Source of the DNA: Nymphaea colorata
Lineage: Eukaryota
Assembly: GCF_008831285.2 (NCBI RefSeq)
Contig: NC_045138.2
Span: 25,172,001-25,236,000, forward strand
Reading direction: 5' to 3'
Length of the DNA: 64,000 nucleotides
Shown here: piece after piece, positions 42,114 to 51,140 of the stretch
Layout: each line of letters starts with the position of its first letter
Position numbering within the stretch: position 1 is the stretch's first letter
Made by a program: the position numbers and the translations under genes
Notes under the pieces: generated by a model
Database searches by the model: none
What the model was told of the DNA's origin: nothing
What the model saw: only the letters and a program-made list of their open reading frames with translations

Positions 42114-43206
42114 CATGTTAACTTTGGAATTCCTGTCAATAAGAAATATGAATTGTTTAATCTTTTTCTGTCATGATCGCTGAACATGGAGAGCTCTTCT
42201 TTCAGGACTACAAATTGAGGAAAGTGGTAGTCCGTACCATGATAAGTATCATTTATTTTGACCATCAAGGGCTATTATTAGTTAGGGTGACGAGTTCTTT
42301 ACTTTCTGCCAATAATTTTATTCCAACCGCTTTGAAAAAAGTAATCGGTACGTCAGCATACTCAAGTGCGGCTTGAGGCATTCATCAATTCTATTTAGCT
42401 TCAAGCAAAATGAGTTTCCTCCATTGCATTTCTCGGTATTATCATTTATTATCTTCCTTTGATAATTTATTTAGATTATTTATCGGAGTGAAAATGCGAT
42501 TGGATGAAGATGGCATATCTATAAGTCCAGGGAGAAGTCCATAATTCTCTCAGCGTTCTTCAAAATCTTCCTTTTTCTATAGCAGGTTTCAAGAATTAGA
42601 ACAGGAGGAACACCTGCAGAGACAGCTGAGTTTTAGACCACTGACATGTGAAATCACTATATAGCAGCACGATCTTCTTTAAGTTCCATAGATAACTCAT
42701 CTCCACTTGTGGTGAATTTGTCCAAGGAACTTGCTGCAATGTTTTCCATATCAGTTTCTTATCTCATGCCAGAAACTTTAAATTAAAATGATATGTTGCG
42801 TAGACTACCACATATCGAGTCTCAAATTTAAAATTTAAAAATTAATTATTTTATTGTTTTTTTTTTCTTAAAACATCGTCCAGTAGAGAGCTGAATTCAC
42901 CAATGCAGACCCGTAAGCACCGGACAGGATCGGGTTGTTAGCAATTTAATCATTGCTAACTGATATAGTAGTGTTCGGGCTGTATGCATCAGACTATATA
43001 TTCCGGATATTTCCTCTCATCCTGCTTTTCCAAATTTAAAAAGTAAAAACAATAAGATGGCATTTTTTCAAAGTTACATCTTCTCATGCCTATAGGGCAT
43101 TTGGCGTTTTCACAGAGGGAAGCATAGGCGTTAGTGGGATGGTATTTTGACCAGTCCACTCAAAGAAATAGTCTGCTTGACCTGGACTGTATAACCAGAA
43201 ACCTTC

Positions 43207-43386
43207 CTCTGTGCCCAAGAGAAAACCGGGTCACCTTTTCCTTGGTGCCCAAGTGAAGACCAGACCAGATTACGATTTTTCTTGGTACCCAAGGATGAAG
43301 ATTTCCAGGAAGCAACAGCTGATAAACTTTTTTTTGATTCATTTCCACGCAACGCTATTCAACGCAAGCATTTGTTCTTATATAAA
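43207..43386 (+). promoter_or_regulatory. Subtype-A promoter module with stacked NAC-type sites and TATA (copy 1)
   Basis: CTTGGTGCCCAAG at 43241-43253 and CTTGGTACCCAAG at 43281-43293 (both CTTG-N5-CAAG), a degenerate copy at 43207-43219, TTGATT-N7-ACGCAA at 43334-43352, and TATA at 43379. Confidence 0.6.
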
Positions 43387-43447
43387 GTAACTGGTGTTCA
43401 TGATTTTATCCTCACAGCTTGATAAGGCTCTCTCTGTTCCATTCAGT

Positions 43448-43663
43448 ATGGCGTTCTTCACTAGCATCTTGAGTTGCTTCCGCTATTCACCGCGAGTACT
43501 GTCGTGTGATGAGCAAGAAGAGACAGTAACGACGAAGCAGGCCGATTGCAAGAGAAGCAATAAGAAGCAAAGGAAGGAGGTAGCGAAGCCTGCTGCTGCT
43601 AGGCAGGCGGCTCCCATTCCTGTCTCCTACTTCCCCATTGGATCCCAACTCTCTCGGTTGTAG
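43448..43663 (+). CDS. Small uncharacterised protein, array copy 1 (subtype A), 71 aa, ends SRL
   Basis: MAFFTSILSCFRYSPRVLSCDE...KPAAARQAAPIPVSYFPIGSQLSRL*. TATA box (TATATAAA) at 43379-43386. Homologous to four downstream copies. Confidence 0.8.
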   Translation: MAFFTSILSCFRYSPRVLSCDEQEETVTTKQADCKRSNKKQRKEVAKPAAARQAAPIPVSYFPIGSQLSRL

Positions 43664-45127
43664 CTTGCTGATGCGGGATCATGTGGTCTCTGGCTCCCAA
43701 TTCTCTCGGTCGTAGGATGCTGCAGGGTCGTGTCGGCTCTGTCACAAGTGTCGCGTTCTTTGAACCCACTTGCAATAACTCGAACACTACATGGTGGAAC
43801 TAGTCCGAATCTATTCGCCTAGGAGAGGAAAAATGAACAGAGGGCAGCTACCATCGTGGTGGTAGGAAGGAGGGTCATGGTGAAGGTGGACAAGAAGAAG
43901 AACAGAGGGTGTTTTTAGCGTACGTGTTTGTCGGATGCAACTGGGCTGGGAGATACGCCTCCCTACCATTTATCACAAACAAATGAAAAAAACTTGTACA
44001 AAGCTGTAATTGGAGGGATAATAGCTTGAGAAGGAGTACAAAGCTTTACTTCGATTAAGCTTGTCCTATCAACAGAAAAGTATTGATTTTTATAGAAAAC
44101 AATCGGCTCTTGATCATTGCAAATGGTGCCCGATCAGATCCCTTTCTCTATCCTCTTCTCTGCTTTTCTATGTTTGTCTCAAACTCTGAGATTTGTATTT
44201 GTTTCTGCGTTTTGTATGTCTTCAATTGAAACACAAAGGACTCGGGCACAACTGGTAGGCAGCTAAAAATCCTTGGTTTCAAATCTTAGAAGTCTCAACT
44301 CCTTGCGAAAGTTGACACAGGCCAGAACTAAAAGGGTAGAGGAATGGCTTCGGGGGGTTTTACGTTTCAAACGAGCGACCTTTACAAAAGGAAGTTATAT
44401 ACTGAACTCAAATCCATTCTCAAGCCCGATTAAGTGAAATATCTAACTAGTCAGATATTATTGTGTGAACGATAGCTAAGGAGATCAGGAAAGCTCATGA
44501 TATTAGGCTGAAGGAGCCATTGTCATCATCAGCGTGACCATGATGTTTCATATTAAGAAGGTTCCGCTCGAGGTGTCCTGACCTGCTTTTCGAAATCTGC
44601 CAAGACGGCCTTCCTGATCTCAACAGGATACACTCGCGTTCAACTTTGTCAAATTGTAGATCTTATCTTTAAGCGCCGGCTATGGACAACTTCAACCACA
44701 GAAAACAGCCTATTCGCTGACACTTGTTATGTCCTTATTTTTTAGATTTTTTTTGAATTTCAAAATAAGTTTCAATTAATTTAAAATCTAAATATACATA
44801 CGTAAACTCTGATCTCATATCAGCAAAAGCAATATGACGATGTGTACTGGGGCCCATGTATACGACCCTATAAAGTGTGACAGGTGCTGACCCACCACAC
44901 CCTCATCCACCATTTTTCATGAACATAAAAACAGAGAGGGTATTATCTTGGCATACTTTTTTTCATCATGGAGTTGCACCGATGGATATATTATGGTTGT
45001 TGGTACATAGACTGCACAGTACTTGTATCATAGATCTTAGGGCCAGCCTTCCCGGACTGGATCCGGGCCAGGCCCCAGCAACCCAGCGTTGGTCCTGGGC
45101 CAAGTTAATGTATTGTAGCAATCAACT

Positions 45128-45298
45128 TGTTCATGGTTCATGTTAAACTGATGTTGCGATGACAACGGTGCACCCTTTAACTTATGTTCATGGTTCATGT
45201 TAAACTGATATTGCGATAACAACGGTGCACCCTTTAACTTATGTTCATGGTTCATGTTCAACTGATATTGTGATGACAACGGTGCAGCCTTTAACTTA
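45128..45298. repeat. 57-bp tandem repeat x3
   Basis: Unit tgttcatggttcatgttaaactgatgttgcgatgacaacggtgcaccctttaactta at 45128, 45185 and 45242 with few substitutions. Confidence 0.9.
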
Positions 45299-45550
45299 AT
45301 ATCTCTCTCGATCACTTAAGATCTAGAGGTATAACGTTTAGGAGAAAGAATCAAACTAAAACCATGTCTTTTTATATATCTTAACCGGACCAACATAACC
45401 ATATATCTTAACCGGACCAACAAGGTTATGCCTGAAACCATATAAAGACATCTTTGGCTTTACATTGCCGCCCAAGTGATACCAAATGTTTGCGTCCATA
45501 AGTGCCCAACGTTATGTCCGATTGACTTCGATTACGTGCTGCCCGCCTGA

Positions 45551-45687
45551 CTTGGTGCCCAAGTGAAAACCGGATCACAATTTTTCTTGGTGCTCAAGTG
45601 ATGAACCTTCCAGAGTCAACAGCATGTAACTTTTTGCTTCCTTTCCACGCAACACTGTTCGACACAAAAAGTAAGCTCTTATATAAA
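45551..45687 (+). promoter_or_regulatory. Subtype-A promoter module with stacked NAC-type sites and TATA (copy 2)
   Basis: CTTGGTGCCCAAG at 45551-45563, CTTGGTGCTCAAG at 45586-45598, TTGCTT-N7-ACGCAA at 45634-45652, and TATA at 45680. Confidence 0.62.
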
Positions 45688-45758
45688 CTAACTGATGCTT
45701 CTGACTATCATCACAGCTCGAATCTTGCTTCACAGAAGGCCTCTCAGTTCCGTTCAGC

Positions 45759-45971
45759 ATGGCGTTATCCATTAGCATCTTGAGTTGCTTCGGCCATTCG
45801 TCGTTGCGAGTGACGTGCGATGAGCAAGAACAGATCGCAGCCGCGAAGCAGGCCGACTCCATGAGAAGCAACAAGAAAGAGGGGGAGAAGGCAACGAAGT
45901 CTGCTGCTCGGCAGGGGGCTCCCATTGCCGTCTCCTACTTCCCCATTGCACCCCAACTCTCTCGGTTGTAG
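45759..45971 (+). CDS. Small uncharacterised protein, array copy 2 (subtype A), 70 aa, ends SRL
   Basis: MALSISILSCFGHSSLRVTCDE...KSAARQGAPIAVSYFPIAPQLSRL*. TATA at 45680-45687. Good start context (agcATGG). Confidence 0.82.
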   Translation: MALSISILSCFGHSSLRVTCDEQEQIAAAKQADSMRSNKKEGEKATKSAARQGAPIAVSYFPIAPQLSRL

Positions 45972-46967
45972 GCTGCCACAGGGTTGTATCGATCGGATCG
46001 GTGAAAAATACCATGCTGAGCCCGATTGGAATCAACTGTTAGCAGAATTTGGTTCCACAATCTTGGAACTAGTGAGATCATTGTCTTTCTTTTAATTCGC
46101 TGCAATAAGATGAAGAGATGGTACTCATTCTCTTTCAATTAAGATTGTCCGGCAAATACAGAAATGTTGATTATTATAGAGTAAACATCTCTTGATCATC
46201 GGAATTAACACATTAAAAAATAATGTGGCCTGATCTTAAATTAATTTGAACATAAAAACTAAAACAAAAGTATAAACAGACTACCATTTCATATTGAAAA
46301 AATGTCGGATATAAAATCAGAGGGAAGGGTCTGATCTTAAATCCACAGTTATCAAGTAGAAGACTATCAGACGCCTCCTTATGGTGCCAATATTGAACAT
46401 GTGAATTAAGAAGCACATGATTGGCTCCGGTTCTTTGCTTACTTCCATAGACTGCCTAAACGTGAGGAACAAATAGATATAAAGGTGATTGCCGGTTTCT
46501 ATAAGAACCACGGAAAAAGGCTTGGTCCAAAACGAGGGCCAACCAGTCGAAGACATCTTCTGCTCGTCCTTGGTGCCCGAGTTTAGAAGTTAACGCGTGT
46601 CATGGTGGGACAAATATTTGGGTCCTGCCCGAATACACAACCTCTTTCCTTATTCGCAGGGATCTCCAATGGAAGATGGTTATATTAAATGTTCGACCCC
46701 ATGAATATGGAAATGATAAACATGCCCTCCAAATGATGTACAAGGAACCCCAAAAGTCGTTTCTCATTTTGTCTTGTGCTGAGAGGTGTGCTTTCACCCT
46801 TAAACCATTGAGTGGATCTCAAAGACTTCATCCCCAAAAAATCGACTCAAAAGATTAAATTAAAAACAAAAATCTGTGTCTCTCTCTCCCTTATTTTCCC
46901 TTCATATAGACACAAAGAGTCTAGTGTAATCTGCAACAACATAAGCAGCAAATTCCATCGATCGAGC

Positions 46968-47171
46968 ATGGCGTTCTTGGAGAAAGCCTTGAGCTGCTTC
47001 GGCCACTCACCGCGGGTAACATGTGAGAAGGGAGTGTGCACTATGGCAAAGCGGCCGACCGTCGAGACGGGCGACGCTCAGAAAGAGGAGAAGGTCGTGA
47101 AGCCCGCAAGGCAGGAGGCTCCCATACTTGTCTTCCACTTCCCCGTAGCGTCCCAGTTCCCTCGACTGTAG
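46968..47171 (+). CDS. Small uncharacterised protein, array copy 3 (subtype B), 67 aa, ends PRL
   Basis: MAFLEKALSCFGHSPRVTCEK...KPARQEAPILVFHFPVASQFPRL*. Flanks are homologous to those of copy 5. Confidence 0.8.
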   Translation: MAFLEKALSCFGHSPRVTCEKGVCTMAKRPTVETGDAQKEEKVVKPARQEAPILVFHFPVASQFPRL

Positions 47172-47386
47172 TGTCTCTGTTGCAGGCTTATGTTCTACCT
47201 GCATCACGATCAGCACACTGCAGTACATCTGGTTTTTCGTAACTGAACATGTGGCAGTTTCACTAGCCCTGCATCGATCATGAGATGATGATGCCTCGAT
47301 CCCCATTCTATATAGTAAATTATTTTGTGGTCCTGTAAATAGAGTTGATTTTACATAAACAAACTTGTTTTGATCTTGGCTTGAAC

Positions 47387-47422
<36 letters not shown>

Positions 47423-48277
47423 GTTAGCGTGATTTGGTGGACATATGGCTGTGAATTAGGCGTGTGGTCTTAGCTTAATTTTCATGTCCATCTTTCTGCA
47501 AGCCAAGCCAAAGATGTGTATTATCTTGACAGAAGAGGGTGACAGACGTCGAATTAAAGTGTTTAAATTTTGACAAAAACCAAAATATCAATTTTTAAAA
47601 TTTTTACAACTGAAATTTTATAAAATTTATAAGTTAATTTTTAATTTTTTTTTTTGAGGAGGGGGGCTAAGACCCCTTAGGCCCCTCCTTAGCTCCACCC
47701 TTGCTTGAGAAGAAAGAAAAAAAAAGAAGGAAAAAGAAATTTGGCTACTTAGAATATTGCACTAATAACTTCTATGCGTGTAGTTCTCTAGACAAAGAAA
47801 TTTGGATTCAGAAAGAGCATTTAGTACACAGACGTTCTTCAATCTCTCTGTTCCCAACACCAATCCGAAGCACAAGTTTTTTTGTGAAAATACAGACCAT
47901 CGCCATTCAAGTGTGTAATTTCCGGTTACATTCTAAATCCCACAACCAAGAATGTCGATCCCATACATAATGGATGAAATATATAATTCATCGCTGTTCT
48001 TTAATTTATGGCAGCAATTGTTATTATAGCAGGGAATGACCTAATGCTAATGCTTGCTGTAATTAAGAGGCTGATTAATAACTGTCGATTGATATTTCTT
48101 AAGAATGCACATACTAATAATTTCTCCTCAATACAACATAATAACACCTTTTATTTGCAGATCATGCTGAACCTTAGATGCGCGTAGCCCTCCTTGATCA
48201 TAAGAAAGAAGATGTAATTCCCGTGTGGGATCAACCGACACACCATTTCTCATCTTTGTTTTCTTTCATTAATTTAA

Positions 48278-48593
48278 ATTGGTGCCCAGGTGAAGAGACC
48301 AGATCATAATTTTTTTTGGTGCCCAAGTGATGAACCTTCCAGGACTCAACAGCATCTAACTTTTTGCTTCAGTTCCACGCAACACCGTTCGACACACAAA
48401 CTTCTTTTTAAACACTCGTCTGCTTGACTTGGATTATAACAGCAACAGTTTTCCTTGGTGCCCAAGCGAAGAGACCAGATCACAAATTTCCTTGGGTGCC
48501 CAAGTGATGAACCTTCGAGGAATCACCAGCATATAACTTTTGCTTCGTTTCCACGCAACACTGTTCGACTTCAAAAGTAAGTTCTTATATAAA
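48278..48593 (+). promoter_or_regulatory. Tandemly duplicated subtype-A promoter module (copy 4)
   Basis: Two successive modules (about 48278-48395 and 48450-48593). CTTGGTGCCCAAG at 48454-48466, variants at 48278, 48315 and 48491, TTGCTT-N7-ACGCAA at 48364-48382 and 48540-48558. An intact TATA is present only in the proximal module. Confidence 0.62.
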
Positions 48594-48673
48594 CTAACTG
48601 GTGCAGTGGTGCTTCTGATTTGTAATCGCAACTCGATTCTTGCTTCACAGAGGGTTTTTCAGTTCCGTTCGCC

Positions 48674-48889
48674 ATGGCGTTCTCCATTAGCATCTTGAGT
48701 TGCTTCGGCTATTCATCAAGAGTGACGTGCGATGATGGCCGAGATGCACAGACCGCACCCCGGAACCAGGCTGACTCCATGAGAAGCAATAAGAAGCAAG
48801 GGAAGAAGGCAACGAAGCCTGCTGCTTGGCAGGGGGCTCCCATTCCTGTCTCCTACTTTCCCATTGGATCTCAACTCTCACGGCTGTAG
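48674..48889 (+). CDS. Small uncharacterised protein, array copy 4 (subtype A), 71 aa, ends SRL
   Basis: MAFSISILSCFGYSSRVTCDD...KPAAWQGAPIPVSYFPIGSQLSRL*. TATA at 48586-48593. Start context gccATGG. Confidence 0.82.
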   Translation: MAFSISILSCFGYSSRVTCDDGRDAQTAPRNQADSMRSNKKQGKKATKPAAWQGAPIPVSYFPIGSQLSRL

Positions 48890-49622
48890 CGTTCTGCAGG
48901 GTTACATTGATCGGATCGGTCCAAAATGTCCTGCGTAGTCAATTGGAATGAACTATTAGCACGATTTGGTTCTACAATTTTGCAACTATTGAAGTGTGGA
49001 GGTTTCGGTTTTCCTCTTTGCATCAAAGACGAAATTCTTTTCCAATTAAGCTTCTCCTGTAAACAAAGATTCCAATTAAGCTTCTCCTGTAAACAAAGAA
49101 ATGCTGCTTGTATAGAAAAAAACATCTTTGATCATATGTTGCGAATGGTGCCTCAGATCTTTCTCTCTTAATCGTTCCAAGGAGTTCTCTGTTTGTCTCA
49201 GACTGACTGGAGATTCGTTTTCATTTCTAGATTTTTTATGTTTTGAATTCAAATCCAACTACGTAGACCAAAATCATGAATATCAGTATCGGCGCCATAT
49301 CCCTTCGATCACCTATACGTAATGGCTGACATCATGCATTAGGTAGTGCTCTGTATCATCCTTTTCGTTGCATTAAAACAAAATAATTGTAGATTAATTC
49401 AAAAATAAAAACTAAAAAGATATAATCCTATATTTCCTGTTCATCAATACAAACCCCTATTTTATACATGCAAAATACGAGCTCATAATACTGGCCGATC
49501 GATTTTAACAACGCTGACCTAGAGCATGATCCAGTATTTGGTTTATGGACCTCATGAAATGAGAATGAAATATTATCTAGACCTACTTTTCCGGCATGAT
49601 CCAACCACCCATAGATATTATT

Positions 49623-50066
49623 TAGGGATGTCAATCCATTTTATTTGGATTGGATGTCTATCGTACCGTTTTGAAAAATTATACATAGAAAAAAATTAAT
49701 ATCCAATTAGAAAATTGGATCCCGTTCAAATTTAAGAAATGCCATCCGATGGGATTGAGATTCGGATGTGGTTATACATAAACATTCGATCAGATTCAGA
49801 TTTGATACATATCATATTTAGTTTTAAATACATATCTTACATCCAATGCCCTTACATTTTGAAAGTCAGTTGAATTGATTTAAAATTTGGATTTGGACTC
49901 CGATGTGGATTCAAATATCGGATTGAAACCGAAATCAAATTGTGCAAGTTGGGTTTTGGATTCAGATTCAAATATGATTTTCTTTCATTTCTCTTTGAAT
50001 CTAAATTCGAATTGGAATTTGACTAACAGTACATCCAATTTGAATCAGATCTGTTGACATTCTCTG
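49623..50066. mobile_element. Degenerate hAT-like MITE (TAGGGATGTCAA termini)
   Basis: Left end TAGGGATGTCAAT, right end GTTGACATTCTCTG (imperfect inverted repeat). The interior is rich in GGATT/AATCC/TTCGGAT sub-repeats. Related copies occur elsewhere in the window. No clean TSD is visible. Confidence 0.55.
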
Positions 50067-50344
50067 ATTACTTGCGTAGAATGCCTAGCTAGTGTATTGG
50101 AGTGGTAGGTTCCGACTTCGGACTAGGTCCTGGCCTGGGTCCCGGCCACCTTATACATGTGGCTAAAGACTTGGTCTAGGTGCATTAGTCACCTGTCATT
50201 AGTCCCATGACGATGGGGCGTAAGGTATTCAAACGCTTTGACTAGCACCATGTGACGGAAAAAGAAGCCTTAAACGGGGCCAACCTAACCACCAATTTTA
50301 GACGCTTTCAGCTTTTCCTTCCTGTCCAAGTAATACGAAGGAGG

Positions 50345-50452
50345 CCTTTGATTACAAGGAAGCTGCGGTCCTTGGAACAAGAGTGTCTTGACTCGGCCCC
50401 TTTGATTACAAGGAAGCTGCGGTCCTTGGAACAAGAGTGTCTTGACTCGGCC
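50345..50452. repeat. 54-bp tandem duplication upstream of array copy 5
   Basis: cctttgattacaaggaagctgcggtccttggaacaagagtgtcttgactcggcc occurs twice in direct succession. Confidence 0.9.
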
Positions 50453-50933
50453 TAATTCACCTCAGTTTGACTCAGTCCTAACTCGCTCAATTCAAGTTAT
50501 TTTAAAACTCGATCGAGTCAACAAGTCAATTTACTGACCCGATCATCCACTCATGTAAGTTCCAATCACGACTTTGCCAACTATAGGCACTAGTGAACTA
50601 GGCACATGTATGGTTGCGTGTTTGCGCCAAACACTATAAGTCAGTCACGCACCGCTAGCTTTCTGGCAGGGACACATTTAAATTTTCTTCTTCATTCTCA
50701 CCCGAAGGAGTCTGAGGACCTAGAATGAACTCGCAAAGTAAAAGTCAAAGGGTGTGTTTGACCTTTGAACCGTGGAGTTGATCTCTAATACTTCATCCCG
50801 AAGAAAGTAACTCAAAGACCAAGTTAAAGAAAGAATTCCCTCTGAATCTCTCTCTTCTTTTTCTATATATATAGACGCAAAGACTCTGATGCAAGCTGCA
50901 ACACCACAAGCAGCAGACTGCATCGAATCGAGC

Positions 50934-51140
50934 ATGGCATTCTTGGAGAACATCTTGAGCTGCTTCGGCCACACGCCACGGGTATTGTGCGACGAGCAAG
51001 CGTGCACAGTCGGCAAGCAGCCCTGCGGTGAGAAGAGCAGCACCAAGAAACAGGAGAAGGGGTTGGTGAAGCCCGCGAGGCAGGAGGCTCCCATACTTGT
51101 CTCCTACTTTCCCGTGGCGTCCCAGTTCTCTCGACTGTAG
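50934..51140 (+). CDS. Small uncharacterised protein, array copy 5 (subtype B), 68 aa, ends SRL
   Basis: MAFLENILSCFGHTPRVLCDE...KPARQEAPILVSYFPVASQFSRL*. TATA-like run near 50864-50873. An in-frame upstream ATG at 50889 is probably too close to the TATA to be used; homology supports 50934. Confidence 0.82.
   Translation: MAFLENILSCFGHTPRVLCDEQACTVGKQPCGEKSSTKKQEKGLVKPARQEAPILVSYFPVASQFSRL

Noticed and set aside
45128..45298. Regularly spaced repeats considered as a CRISPR-like array (also 60975-61046)
   Set aside because: Head-to-tail tandem units with no unique spacers, in eukaryotic DNA without cas genes.
47526..47542. miR156-like string TTGACAGAAGAGGGTGA
   Set aside because: The 3' end diverges (CAGAC instead of GCAC), there is no downstream star arm, and only weak pairing upstream; treated as chance.
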